64,000 bases of DNA, taken from Coraliomargarita sp. Lineage in GTDB: Bacteria > Verrucomicrobiota > Verrucomicrobiia > Opitutales > Coraliomargaritaceae. Below are positions 1 through 9,643 of this stretch, piece by piece; the stretch's first letter is position 1, and each line of letters begins with the position of its first letter. Where the stretch lies: positions 1,216,001-1,280,000 of the forward strand of contig OZ244160.1 in the NCBI GenBank assembly GCA_965216325.1, read 5' to 3'. Below the pieces are notes generated by a model. It made no database searches. It was not told where the DNA came from and was given only the letters and a program-made list of their open reading frames with translations. Both the position numbers and the translations under genes were made by a program.

Positions 1-570
1 CGGAGTGTTTGGACTACTGATATTAATGGTAAAATAGTCTGCCTGATCTGCGAGAATGCGGAAACTTGCAACGTAGTCCTCAACCGCCTGATCCAGTGGG
101 GTGACTTTAGCCTTACCAATATTGACACCAACTGGCATGCCACGCTTGCCCTTTGGGTAGGTCTTCGCGAGTGACTTCAGCATCGCTTCCGCACCGTGAT
201 TGTTAAAGCCCATACGATTTACCAGAGCCTTTTGATCCGGGAAGCGGAACAAGCGCGGGCTCGGATTCCCCGGCTGCCCTTGAGGTGTCACCGTGCCAAC
301 CTCCGCATGTCCAAAGCCAAGCGCTTCGATTGCACGTGCAAACTCACCGTCCTTGTCCATCCCCGCCGCCAAACCAACACGGTTTGGAAATTCCAAACCG
401 AAGAGTTTCACTGGCTTGTCTTCCTTTACCTGATTACAGGCACGCAGTAGCGGACATAGCCCAGGCACTTTCCCCAAGGCCATTAGCGCCGTGCGACCAC
501 GATCATGCGCTTGTTCAGGCTCCATCCGGAATAACACCGGGCGAACAAAGTTTTCGTAGATAAATCCCAT
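1..570 (-). CDS. pyrD: Quinone-dependent dihydroorotate dehydrogenase (class 2), 5' part; runs off the window edge
   Basis: Not in the ORF track. Manual translation from ATG at 570 gives MGFIYENFVRPVLFRMEPEQAH...FPNRVGLAAGMDK...EVGTVTPQGQPGNPSPRLFR...NRMGFNN...GVNIGK...INISSPNTP, the class 2 DHODH motifs. Confidence 0.95.
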   Translation of the reverse strand, partial: MGFIYENFVRPVLFRMEPEQAHDRGRTALMALGKVPGLCPLLRACNQVKEDKPVKLFGLEFPNRVGLAAGMDKDGEFARAIEALGFGHAEVGTVTPQGQPGNPSPRLFRFPDQKALVNRMGFNNHGAEAMLKSLAKTYPKGKRGMPVGVNIGKAKVTPLDQAVEDYVASFRILADQADYFTINISSPNTP

Positions 571-784
571 ATCAAATAAGGTAAGCTCGCCCAAACGGGC
601 AAAACGCAAACGCTAAGACTCACGACGACCAAAACAAGTAAAATGGCGCAGAATAAATTTTGTATACAAAGCACTTTACAATCCCATCTGCGCAGCTTTT
701 ACCCCTGTATATATAGTTGTTTCACAAGCCCGCTTGTGTCCCCTTAATTTTATATATTATATATCATCCCGATACGCGTAACGT

Positions 785-1525
785 ATGCCAAAATCCTCAA
801 CAAAACTCACATGGTGCAAAGCCCGCCTGGGCGAAGATATGAACTGGTGGATCGACGAAATCAGCGATCCTGTCCATTGGGACATTGATGGCCTCGGCAT
901 CATCGACCCACGTCAGTTCCAGCACTTAGTGGACCTCTTGGAACCGCTGAGCGATTATGGTCTGCAAACTGATTTGGTTGAAGACGCCTTCTACACTTTC
1001 GGCATCGATGTCATTGAGAAGGACAAGTCCGTGCGCCTCAAACGTGTTGAAGACAGCATTCTCGACAGTGAAGACCAACTCTTTGCGCTGCCGGATGTAA
1101 TCGATGATGAAAAAGGTCCTTTCGCAGACTTGATTGATCACATCACTAAACTGCGCATTAAGATGCTGAACGACCTGATCGACTTCAAGCAACAGCTTAC
1201 AATCGAAGAGCTTGAAGAAGAAATCCGTGAAGCGCAGAACAGCGACTACATGGAAGGGCGCGCGACTCACTTCTTCACGGAACTGACCTCCATCCTCGAA
1301 TACGTGCCGGAGGGCTTTGAGCTCGATGAGGACGAGTCCGGCAGCCGCGCCAAGACTGAGGACGAGGAATTGCAGGAAGACCTCGCAGACGTCGAAGCCG
1401 CACCGGAAGAAGACCTCGAAGCCGATGAAACGATGAAATGGGACGAAGAGGAAGAAACCGAAGAACAAGAATACGAAGAACACACCTCTCCACCGGACGA
1501 AGTGCCGCCAGTCGAAGAGAAGTAA
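785..1525 (+). CDS. Highly acidic hypothetical protein
   Basis: 246 aa ORF with a Glu/Asp-rich C-terminal tail, followed by a terminator; no recognised motif. Confidence 0.8.
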   Translation: MPKSSTKLTWCKARLGEDMNWWIDEISDPVHWDIDGLGIIDPRQFQHLVDLLEPLSDYGLQTDLVEDAFYTFGIDVIEKDKSVRLKRVEDSILDSEDQLFALPDVIDDEKGPFADLIDHITKLRIKMLNDLIDFKQQLTIEELEEEIREAQNSDYMEGRATHFFTELTSILEYVPEGFELDEDESGSRAKTEDEELQEDLADVEAAPEEDLEADETMKWDEEEETEEQEYEEHTSPPDEVPPVEEK

Positions 1526-1540
1526 ATCATCCATCTTTCT

Positions 1541-1573
1541 AAAATCCCGAAGCCTGTGCTTCGGGATTTTTTT
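1541..1573. terminator. Intrinsic terminator, probably bidirectional
   Basis: AAAATCCCGAAGC-ctgt-GCTTCGGGATTTTTTT between convergent genes. Confidence 0.8.
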
Positions 1574-1583
1574 GGCATGGCGT

Positions 1584-2276
1584 CTAACTGCAAATCCACT
1601 CAACTGCAGCCTCGATGCCGAGCATTACCCGTAAGCGCCACATGATAACGAGCGCCGCAACGAGTGCAGCCACACGCTGCACCAATAACAAGTTTTCGGC
1701 CTTCAACTTATGTTGCAGTCGCATGAATTGACTTTGCGCTAGCCACAGTAGCGGCAAGGTTCCCAAGCCAAAGCCGAGTGCAAACTCCGCCCCCTTCACT
1801 GCAGACCCCGAAAACAGGCACAGGCCGAAAATCATATACAAGGGGCCACAAGGCAGCAATGGGCTGCAAAAGCCAATCATCCCCGCAGCAAGCGGTTTGC
1901 TCATGCGGCCAAAGCGAGCACCCAAACGCTGGTAGACTTTACCGAGCCATAGTGGCTTTGGCATCCAACGATCCATGCGCAGGGCCACGCCTATAAAAAA
2001 CAACACTAAAATCCAAGGGAGATAATTGAGCCATGAGTCCTTGACCACAGCAAGCACCACACTCCCGAAGGCACCGGCAAGCGCACCGATGATCATATAA
2101 GCGGCCAGCTTCGACAAATGGTAACTCGTGAGCACAACCTGTGGACTCGCATCTCCAGTCCCCTTTGGAGCAAACGCACAGGACAGCGGGCCGCACATCG
2201 CCACACAGTGCACACTGGTAACTAAGCCGGCCACCATTGCGGTGAATCCATTATATACTGTCTGATATTCAAACAT
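1584..2276 (-). CDS. DsbD_2 / sulfite exporter TauE-SafE-like membrane protein
   Basis: SVHCVAMCGP and LLPCGPLY motifs, FGLGTLP, multiple hydrophobic segments. Confidence 0.85.
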   Translation of the reverse strand: MFEYQTVYNGFTAMVAGLVTSVHCVAMCGPLSCAFAPKGTGDASPQVVLTSYHLSKLAAYMIIGALAGAFGSVVLAVVKDSWLNYLPWILVLFFIGVALRMDRWMPKPLWLGKVYQRLGARFGRMSKPLAAGMIGFCSPLLPCGPLYMIFGLCLFSGSAVKGAEFALGFGLGTLPLLWLAQSQFMRLQHKLKAENLLLVQRVAALVAALVIMWRLRVMLGIEAAVEWICS

Positions 2277-2325
2277 TCGCCCAGCAGTGTATCACGCGGA
2301 GCAATACACGATTTACCTGATGCTT

Positions 2326-2778
2326 TTAGCGAACCTCTGATGCGTTGTTATACAACACCGTATACAGCACCCCCAAGAGATTCTTACGTGTCACACGCTC
2401 TGCATCTTCGCGGGCATTGTTAATCCCTTTGGCAACCCAAGCGTCATTGCCCGCTTTGCGCACCAATTGGTGCAACACACGCTGACCATCCTTCGTCAGA
2501 TAGCCCACGGTCATCCCCGCCTCCAGGTCTTCAAATTCTATCGGACGCACAATGATAATGGTATTCTTGGTCAACACCGGTTCCATCGATGTCCCACTCG
2601 TGCGCGCCATATACATCCCACTATCCCGGAACTTGACTTTCTGCCCAAGCTTGAAGGCCTCATCATAGTCGATCGGTGCAAAAGTAGTCGTGCTGGACCC
2701 GGAAGTGGCAGTTGTCTGGCAGCCAACAAGCAGCACCAGCGTGAGACTAGCAAGGAACATAAAGAGGTTTTTCGACAT
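2326..2778 (-). CDS. Lipoprotein with S26 (SipW/Sec11-like) peptidase domain
   Basis: Lipobox LLVG-C; SGTSMEP (catalytic Ser box), VLHQL (His), KGINN...D (box E-like). Confidence 0.75.
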   Translation of the reverse strand: MSKNLFMFLASLTLVLLVGCQTTATSGSSTTTFAPIDYDEAFKLGQKVKFRDSGMYMARTSGTSMEPVLTKNTIIIVRPIEFEDLEAGMTVGYLTKDGQRVLHQLVRKAGNDAWVAKGINNAREDAERVTRKNLLGVLYTVLYNNASEVR

Positions 2779-2940
2779 ACGCTTACAATCCGCATCTACG
2801 TATTCATAGCAAGTCCGATTAAGTAACTAAAACGCGCCCCTACACGTAACTCAGGGGAGACCCCCTAGTCCATGTAAACGAAGTTTAAAAACCGAACAAC
2901 CAAGCCACATCCCACTATATGCCAACAACTTGCTATTCAT

Positions 2941-2958
2941 CTACGTGATTTTACGTAG
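2941..2958. promoter_or_regulatory. Palindromic operator CTACGT-N6-ACGTAG
   Basis: Perfect 6-6-6 inverted repeat in the divergent intergenic region. A second imperfect palindrome, CTCAGGGGAGACCCCCTAG, lies at 2850-2868. Confidence 0.45.
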
Positions 2959-3060
2959 CCTACATACGTTGTATTATTTTCTCTTTTCAGAAAATAAAAC
3001 CGCCCAATATACAAGTTAGACGCGATACCCATAGAGCCCTCAAAAAGATATTATGAGGGC

Positions 3061-3534
3061 ATGAAAACAACAGTCATTACCCTCCTCGCCCTTCTCACTG
3101 CAGTATTCACATTATCTGCAGCACCCAAGTCCTCCGCGACTTTTGAAAAAGCACTTAGCGACGCAGAATTCATCGCATCTTTCGATTCCAACTGGAGCGT
3201 GCACCGCACACAAGGCAACTCCATGGGAGACTTCTTCGGCAGCAACTCTTTAATTGTTGTCGAAAAGGCATCCATCGAAGACATCCGCACTGGTATGATG
3301 ATTGTTTACCGCTCCTCCAAGGGCGAATTGATCTCCCACAAAGTAATGAAGCACAACGGAACTTCGCTTCGCACCCAAGGCACCGCAAATTGGAGCATGG
3401 ATCCAGAGCCAGTAACAGCCGACATGATCGTGGGCACAGTATTCTGTGTCTTCCACGCTGAAAGCGCTCCAGCCGGCACAGCATACACTTCCAATGGCAC
3501 ACCGCTGCCAACTGCAATGTGCAAGTCTTTCTAA
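3061..3534 (+). CDS. Secreted S24/S26-family (SipW-like) peptidase
   Basis: Signal peptide MKTTVITLLALLTAVFTLSA; QGNSM (Ser), ISHKV (His), TQGTAN...D; paralogous to 2326..2778. Confidence 0.7.
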   Translation: MKTTVITLLALLTAVFTLSAAPKSSATFEKALSDAEFIASFDSNWSVHRTQGNSMGDFFGSNSLIVVEKASIEDIRTGMMIVYRSSKGELISHKVMKHNGTSLRTQGTANWSMDPEPVTADMIVGTVFCVFHAESAPAGTAYTSNGTPLPTAMCKSF

Positions 3535-3596
3535 CCCACGTTCTTTAATTTTAATGAGTTTCCGGATGGAATTTGTTGTTTTCCTCCGTCCGGCAT

Positions 3597-3647
3597 AAAA
3601 GAGCCCCTTCCGCACCCTCCCCCTAGCGGGAGGGGCTTTTCTTTTTG
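3597..3647 (+). terminator. Intrinsic terminator
   Basis: AGCCCCTTCCGC...GCGGGAGGGGCT followed by TTTTCTTTTT. Confidence 0.7.
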
Positions 3648-3663
3648 CAGTCTACTTAACATT

Positions 3664-4395
3664 ATGACACAGCTTCTTGAAAAACCATCCCAGAGCCACG
3701 ACTCTGATTCTTCCAGCATCATTGATATGAAAAAAGTCATCGTCATTGAAGACCAGACGATCCTTAGAGACTTAATTTGCCAACTTGTTGAAGGCTATAC
3801 CGCTATGGATGTCATTGCACAGTCCGGCGACGGTGCCGAGGGCTATGAACTCTGCCTTGAGCATAACCCGGACCTGGTAATTCTCGATATCATGTTGCCG
3901 AACTTGAACGGCAGCGAAGTGCTTCGCCGCCTCAAGGCCAAGAACCCAAAGATTAACATTTTGATCTTCTCCGCTGCGGCATCCAATAGCATGGTGAATC
4001 GTCTGCTCAAGTCAGGCGTCACCGGTTACATCGAAAAGGATGCCGGCCTTGCCGAACTGGAAAAGGCAATCTCTCTTGTCGCTGACGGCCGATCTTACTT
4101 CAGCCCACGCATCGTTGAAACCATGCGCGAACTCATGATCAATGGTGGTCAAGATGACTCGCTGGACTCCCTGACAACACGTGAGCGCGAGATCGTGCAA
4201 CTAATCGCAGAAAGTTACAGCAACAAGGAAATCGCTGCGAAGTTAGGCATGAGTGTGCGCACCGCCGACACACACCGCACCAACATCATGAAAAAGCTCG
4301 ATCTGCACGACGTGGCCGCCCTTACACGCTGGGCGATCGCGAATAAGCTGGTTGACCCGATTGGTGGCGACATCAGCACTGCTGAGCAGTTTTAA
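3664..4395 (+). CDS. NarL/FixJ-family (LuxR-HTH) response regulator; alternative start ATG 3727
   Basis: Receiver domain (IEDQ, LDIMLP, YIEKD) plus LTTREREIVQLIAESYSNKEIAAKLGMSVRTADTHRTNIMKKL HTH. Confidence 0.93.
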   Translation: MTQLLEKPSQSHDSDSSSIIDMKKVIVIEDQTILRDLICQLVEGYTAMDVIAQSGDGAEGYELCLEHNPDLVILDIMLPNLNGSEVLRRLKAKNPKINILIFSAAASNSMVNRLLKSGVTGYIEKDAGLAELEKAISLVADGRSYFSPRIVETMRELMINGGQDDSLDSLTTREREIVQLIAESYSNKEIAAKLGMSVRTADTHRTNIMKKLDLHDVAALTRWAIANKLVDPIGGDISTAEQF

Positions 4396-4452
4396 TTATT
4401 CAGCATTCTCAGGGTTGCAAAATCCAGCCAAGCTGATCCTGTCAGCTACCCT

Positions 4453-4977
4453 ATGAGTATCGCAACGAAACGCGGGGACGCAGGTGTGACGTCCCTACTC
4501 TTCGGACGTCGAGTCCCCAAGACACATCCACGCGTCGTCGCCTATGGCGGCGTTGACGAACTTGGAAGCTCGTTGGGACTTTGCCGTGCACACAGCGCGG
4601 ACGACACCACCAAGGCGCTGCTACGCGAGGTGCAGGGTGAACTAATCTATCTAATGTCCGAACTCGCAACGGATGATGGCGACCAAGCGCGCTGGCACGA
4701 AAAATATGGCGAAAACGCAATTACGAACGAGAACGTGGAGCGCTTCACCAATCTAATCAAAGAGAAGGAACAACATATTCAATTTCGTGGCTGGAGCTAC
4801 CCGGGCGAAAATCCAGCCGAGGCGTTTTTTGACCAAGCGCGCACAACCTGTCGCCGCGCAGAACGAGGAATCGTTGAACTCAAGGAAAGCGGAGTCGCCG
4901 TGCGTCCTGAGTTGCTACAATACCTAAACCGCCTGGCAGACTTACTTTGGCTACAAGGCCGTGAACATGCCGAATAG
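4453..4977 (+). CDS. ATP:cob(I)alamin adenosyltransferase, PduO type
   Basis: IATKRGDAGVTSL, AYGGVDELGS, ARTTCRRAER, YLNRLAD motifs. Confidence 0.92.
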   Translation: MSIATKRGDAGVTSLLFGRRVPKTHPRVVAYGGVDELGSSLGLCRAHSADDTTKALLREVQGELIYLMSELATDDGDQARWHEKYGENAITNENVERFTNLIKEKEQHIQFRGWSYPGENPAEAFFDQARTTCRRAERGIVELKESGVAVRPELLQYLNRLADLLWLQGREHAE

Positions 4978-5036
4978 CACACTCACTGTAAAACAACCTT
5001 TACCTCGCTGAAGGATTTTGGAAATCTGCCGAACTT

Positions 5037-6323
5037 ATGGCAGATACTTCTAACCTGAACATTTTGGTAGTCGGCTCCGGCGGACGTGAACACGCACTTG
5101 TGCAAAAGTGCCTTGCCAGCCCACTGGCGAATCGAGTCATCGCCGCACCAGGTAATGGTGGGATGGCAACCGATGTGGATTGCTACAACGTTTCAGTCGA
5201 AGACATTCCTGGAATGGTTGCACTCGCAAAGGAGCAAGCAATTGGCCTCGTCGTCGTCGGTCCTGAAATCCCCCTCAGTCTAGGGCTTGTCGATGCACTG
5301 CAAGCCGAGGGTATTCCTGCCTACGGCCCCAAAACGGACGGCGCACAACTCGAGTCCAGCAAGGCATTCTGCAAAGACTTTTTCGCACGCCACCAGATTC
5401 CGACCGCAGAATATGCGACCTTTACCGAAGTCGCGCCTGCGCTTGAGTATCTCGAACGCCACCCGGCACCCATCGTCATCAAAGCGAGCGGCCTTGCAGC
5501 CGGCAAAGGCGTCATCATGGCAGAAACACAAGAAGAGGCCGTCGAAGCAGTCAAAGGCATGCTTGAAGGCGGCGACTTCGGCGACAGCGGTAGCGAAATC
5601 GTAATCGAAGAAACACTTTACGGCGAAGAAGCCTCGATCCATGTCATCACTTCCGGCGATGACTTCGTCTGCCTACCTGCGAGCCAGGACCACAAACGTG
5701 CCGGCGAAGGTGACACCGGCTTGAATACCGGCGGCATGGGTGCTTACACACCGACCAGCAAGGTAACCCCTGAGCTGCAAAAGGAGATCGAAGAGCAAGT
5801 CATTCGCCCCACGCTGGCAGGGCTCAAAGCCGACGGCATAGACTTCCGTGGCACACTTTATGCAGGACTGATGCTCACAGATAAAGGCTGCAAAGTCCTC
5901 GAATACAATGTGCGCTTCGGCGACCCGGAAACTCAAGTGCTACTGCCGATGGTCGCAGACGACTTGGTGCCGGTGCTCCTTGCTGCAGCAAAAGGCGAAG
6001 CACTCCCTGAGCAACTGAACTTCCACGATGGCGCAGCAATTGTCGTGGTCCTAGCAGCAGGCGGCTATCCGGGTAGCTATGCAAAGGGCGAAACCATCAC
6101 CTTCCCTGCTGAGCTTCCAGAGCGCTCAGCCATCGTTCACGCAGGCACAAAGAAGCAGGATGACGGCAGCATTGTTACAGCAGGTGGCCGTGTGCTCGGT
6201 ATCAGCGGACAGGCTCCAAGCCTTCAACAGGCCGCAGAACTCGCATACCGCGTTTGCGATCAAGTCAACTTCGACTCAAAATACCTACGTCGCGACATCG
6301 GTCATCGCGAACTCAATCGCTAA
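5037..6323 (+). CDS. purD: Phosphoribosylamine--glycine ligase
   Basis: GSGGREHAL, KASGLAAGKGV, QDHKR, NTGGMGAY, EYNVRFGDPE. Confidence 0.98.
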   Translation: MADTSNLNILVVGSGGREHALVQKCLASPLANRVIAAPGNGGMATDVDCYNVSVEDIPGMVALAKEQAIGLVVVGPEIPLSLGLVDALQAEGIPAYGPKTDGAQLESSKAFCKDFFARHQIPTAEYATFTEVAPALEYLERHPAPIVIKASGLAAGKGVIMAETQEEAVEAVKGMLEGGDFGDSGSEIVIEETLYGEEASIHVITSGDDFVCLPASQDHKRAGEGDTGLNTGGMGAYTPTSKVTPELQKEIEEQVIRPTLAGLKADGIDFRGTLYAGLMLTDKGCKVLEYNVRFGDPETQVLLPMVADDLVPVLLAAAKGEALPEQLNFHDGAAIVVVLAAGGYPGSYAKGETITFPAELPERSAIVHAGTKKQDDGSIVTAGGRVLGISGQAPSLQQAAELAYRVCDQVNFDSKYLRRDIGHRELNR

Positions 6324-6334
6324 ACTTCCAACAA

Positions 6335-7216
6335 GTGCACACCGTCAAACTCATCGCCGCATTGCTAGTGGCTGGCAGCCAAGTGGCAGCGGCAACACAT
6401 GAGCTGGATTCAGACTTATTTGACGGCATTGCATCCCATAGCGATGCGAGCGTGCGCCTGCATGGTCTCGCTGCGCTCTACCCCGGCCGGGTGCTCTTCC
6501 AAGAGCCCAGCTTCTCGGTCAACGAAGAGCGCAGCGATGCATTCTCGATTGAGACGATCCGCACCGACATCACTTATATTCGTGTGTATCGCCTAGAGGA
6601 CGCGCTCGAAAGCATCCAAGCGCATTTGAGCGCCACATCGTTGATACTCGACCTACGCTACACGCAGTCTGAGGCACTCGCAGGCGAACTGTCACTGGCT
6701 TTAGATCGAGCAAAGTCGCACAATCAATTGACCGCTCGCGGTATACTTCCGGACCCAATAATCAAGCAACTCGCAGTCGATTACGACGCCGTAGAGCCCG
6801 TGCGCGATTCCGCGATTGTGGTGCTCTGTAATCAAAAGACCGCTGGCCCGTTCGAAGCCCTGCTCCACAACCTGCAGGCCTCCGGTGCAATTATTGCCGT
6901 GGGCGAATCCACCGCAGGTCGGACCGGCTACTACAAAGAAGTCGAGGGCCCCGCATGGTTGCTCGATGGCGAGATACGAGCAGACGGCCAGACCTCGCTA
7001 GTTGGCACCGGCTTCGTCCCGCGAATTTCGGTAACACTCAGCCCTCAACAACATTACACCGCATACCATTGGTATGAGGCCGGCAGCTCCTTGGATCAAA
7101 TCCTCAACGGCATACCAGACGAGGATGGCAATGATACGTCACCCAAAACGATCGATCCCGTCCTCGAACGTGGCGTCGAGATTGTTGCCGCTTTACAAAT
7201 CCTTCAGGTGAACTAA
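6335..7216 (+). CDS. Secreted S41-peptidase-like protein with a degenerate catalytic site
   Basis: GTG at 6335 gives a signal peptide. LILDLR, NQKTAGPFE and GESTAGR align with the S41 motifs DLRxN, TASASE and GExTxGK. Confidence 0.6.
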   Translation: MHTVKLIAALLVAGSQVAAATHELDSDLFDGIASHSDASVRLHGLAALYPGRVLFQEPSFSVNEERSDAFSIETIRTDITYIRVYRLEDALESIQAHLSATSLILDLRYTQSEALAGELSLALDRAKSHNQLTARGILPDPIIKQLAVDYDAVEPVRDSAIVVLCNQKTAGPFEALLHNLQASGAIIAVGESTAGRTGYYKEVEGPAWLLDGEIRADGQTSLVGTGFVPRISVTLSPQQHYTAYHWYEAGSSLDQILNGIPDEDGNDTSPKTIDPVLERGVEIVAALQILQVN

Positions 7217-7230
7217 CTTTGTGCTCTCGC

Positions 7231-7710
7231 ATGTCTACCAAACGTGACCTTATTCTAACAATCTGCACGGGCAACGTCTGTCGCAGCCCTATGGCTGAGA
7301 AGCTTCTGCAACACGCCTTGGCCGCCGAAGGCGAGCCGCTGAGCGAATTATCGGTCGCATCCGCAGGAGTTGCGGCCGGCTACGGGGATGCCGCCTCCGC
7401 AAACTCGGTACGCGCGCTCAAAAAGGTCGACCTCGACTTGAGCCACCACAAGAGCCAACCACTTACAGATGCACTTCTGGAGCGTGCATTTGCGATCTTC
7501 GGTATGACCGATTCGCACCTGCAAATCATCAGTTACTATCATCCGAAATTTGAAGGACGCATGCACCTCTTTCGTGAGTTCATCGAAAATGCCGACACCG
7601 AAATCCCCGATCCCTTTGGGCAAAGTCTTCCTGCCTATCAAGATTGCTTGGACTCGATGGTCGAAGCGATACCATCGCTCGTTGCGTATTTGAAGCGCGA
7701 ATACAAATAG
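7231..7710 (+). CDS. Low-molecular-weight protein tyrosine/arginine phosphatase
   Basis: CTGNVCRSPMAE P-loop and IPDPFG. Confidence 0.93.
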   Translation: MSTKRDLILTICTGNVCRSPMAEKLLQHALAAEGEPLSELSVASAGVAAGYGDAASANSVRALKKVDLDLSHHKSQPLTDALLERAFAIFGMTDSHLQIISYYHPKFEGRMHLFREFIENADTEIPDPFGQSLPAYQDCLDSMVEAIPSLVAYLKREYK

Positions 7711-7719
7711 CTACATATT

Positions 7720-7785
7720 TTAGGGATCGTTATCCTTAACGATCCGCCAGCAGCACCGCGGTTCGATATGAATATCGAACCCTAC
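7720..7785. repeat. REP doublet (GTAG type)
   Basis: (T)TAGGGATCGTT-atcctt-AACGATCCG ... CGGTTCGATAT-ga-ATATCGAACCCTAC: two facing hairpins with GTAG-like feet. Confidence 0.6.
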
Positions 7786-7790
7786 CAACA

Positions 7791-7822
7791 CAAAGAGCCC
7801 AGCCGATTGGCTGGGCTCTTTG
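7791..7822. terminator. Bidirectional terminator
   Basis: CAAAGAGCCCAGCC-gatt-GGCTGGGCTCTTTG between convergent genes. Confidence 0.8.
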
Positions 7823-7854
7823 TTGATACAAAACTGAATTTCAAGTCAGCTCGC

Positions 7855-9543
7855 CTACTTCGCTACCATCTCCTCGCGAGCGGTTTCGTAAGCCTGCATG
7901 GCGCATTTCGAACATGCATCACGAACATCGGCAAAGAAGTCATTCCCCTTGTCATCGACTAGGATGTAAGCCGGGAAGTCCTCAACCTCGATCTTCCAGA
8001 TCGCTTCCATGCCGAGTTCGGGATATTCGAGCACCTCTACCTTCTTGATGTTATGCTCTGCGAGCAACGCAGCTGGTCCACCAATCGAGCCCAGATAGAA
8101 GCCACCGAACTCCTTACAGGCATCGGTCACTTGCTGCGAGCGATTGCCCTTAGCCAGCATGATCATGGAGCCGCCTTCGGCTTGAAACGGTTGCACATAG
8201 GAATCCATGCGCCCCGCGGTCGTCGGACCAAATGAACCAGACGGCTTGCCTGCTGGTGTTTTCGCAGGGCCAGCATAATATACTGGGTGATTCTTCAAAT
8301 AGCCAGGCATGCCTTCACCCTTATCCAAGCGCTCTTTGATCTTCGCATGCGCAATATCACGAGCCACCACAATCGTCCCAGTCAATGACAGCGGCGTAGC
8401 CACCGGATACTGCGTAAGCTCAGCCAGCACATCCGCCATCGGACGATTCAAATCAATCCTAACGGCCTCCTTGGGTTTCGAGATTTCAGCGCTGTCGGGG
8501 ATGAAACGTCCCGGATTTTCCTCCAGCTGCTCCAGCCATACGCCATCCTTATCGATGCGAGCGCGGGCATTGCGGTCCGCCGAACAAGAGACACCAATCC
8601 CAACCGGGCAGGACGCACCATGGCGTGGCAGGCGAATGACACGAATATCAAGCGCGAAGTATTTACCGCCAAACTGCGCGCCATAGCCCATCTTGCGAGT
8701 GTAGTTGAGCAACTTCTCCTCCAACGCAGTGTCGCGGAATGCCTGGCCGTGCTCATTGCCCTCAGTAGGCAACTCGTCGTAATACTTGGTCGACGCCAGC
8801 TTCACGGTTTTCATCGTGGTTTCTGCCGAGGTGCCGCCAATCACGATCGCGATGTGATACGGTGGGCAAGCAGAAGTTCCCAGTGTGCCCATCTTCTCGA
8901 TACAGAACTTCTCAAGACTTGCAGGATTCAACAGCGCCTTCGTCTCCTGAAAGAGGAAGGTCTTGTTCGCGGAACCACCGCCCTTGGCAACAAAGAGAAA
9001 GTCGTAAGAGTCACTGTCCGTTGCAAGAATATCGATCTGGGCCGGAAGATTGCAGCCGGTATTTTTCTCCTCGTACATGGAGAGTGGCACTGTTTGCGAG
9101 TAGCGCAGATTCTCCTGAGTATAGGTGTTATAAACCCCCTCAGACAGCGCGGACTCATCGCCACCGCCAGTCCAGACCTTTTGCCCCCTCTTACCAAGGA
9201 TGATGGCAGTGCCGGTATCCTGACAGAATGGTAACACACCATGCGCCGCCACTTCTGCGTTCTTAAGCATTGTCAGTGCAATTGTGCGGTCGTTTTCGGT
9301 GGCCTCTGGATCATCCAGAATCGCCGCCACCTTTTCCAGGTGCTCCGTGCGAAGTTTGAAGGAGATTTCCTTCATGGCAGTCTGTGCCAGATAAGTCAGT
9401 GCCTTGGGATCAACCTTCAAAACCGACTCCCCCTGAAAGTCGACAGTCTCGACAAACTCGTTTGTCAGCAGACGATAGTTGGTCTTGTCCTGACCGACCG
9501 GAAATTGCTTTTGATAGTGAAATGGTGGCGGTGGTTTAGCCAT
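7855..9543 (-). CDS. fumA: Class I (Fe-S) fumarate hydratase
   Basis: [40 protein letters not shown]. Confidence 0.96.
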   Translation of the reverse strand: MAKPPPPFHYQKQFPVGQDKTNYRLLTNEFVETVDFQGESVLKVDPKALTYLAQTAMKEISFKLRTEHLEKVAAILDDPEATENDRTIALTMLKNAEVAAHGVLPFCQDTGTAIILGKRGQKVWTGGGDESALSEGVYNTYTQENLRYSQTVPLSMYEEKNTGCNLPAQIDILATDSDSYDFLFVAKGGGSANKTFLFQETKALLNPASLEKFCIEKMGTLGTSACPPYHIAIVIGGTSAETTMKTVKLASTKYYDELPTEGNEHGQAFRDTALEEKLLNYTRKMGYGAQFGGKYFALDIRVIRLPRHGASCPVGIGVSCSADRNARARIDKDGVWLEQLEENPGRFIPDSAEISKPKEAVRIDLNRPMADVLAELTQYPVATPLSLTGTIVVARDIAHAKIKERLDKGEGMPGYLKNHPVYYAGPAKTPAGKPSGSFGPTTAGRMDSYVQPFQAEGGSMIMLAKGNRSQQVTDACKEFGGFYLGSIGGPAALLAEHNIKKVEVLEYPELGMEAIWKIEVEDFPAYILVDDKGNDFFADVRDACSKCAMQAYETAREEMVAK

Positions 9544-9574
9544 AATGTGTTCAATTTAAGTGAGAAGGCACAAA

Positions 9575-9620
9575 ATTAGCAGGGCTGCTATAAAATTCAA
9601 CAAGCAAAAGCCCTGCTAAT
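9575..9620. terminator. 12-bp inverted repeat between the HesB gene and fumA
   Basis: ATTAGCAGGGCT...AGCCCTGCTAAT. Confidence 0.5.
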
Positions 9621-9643
9621 CAAAAAGCCGACTGGAAGCGTCC

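Noticed and set aside
926..1603. Long antisense ORFs (also 8620-9234, 12893-13528, 52167-52784, 52809-53471, 60126-60764)
   Set aside because: Shadows of well-supported genes on the opposite strand, with no motifs of their own.
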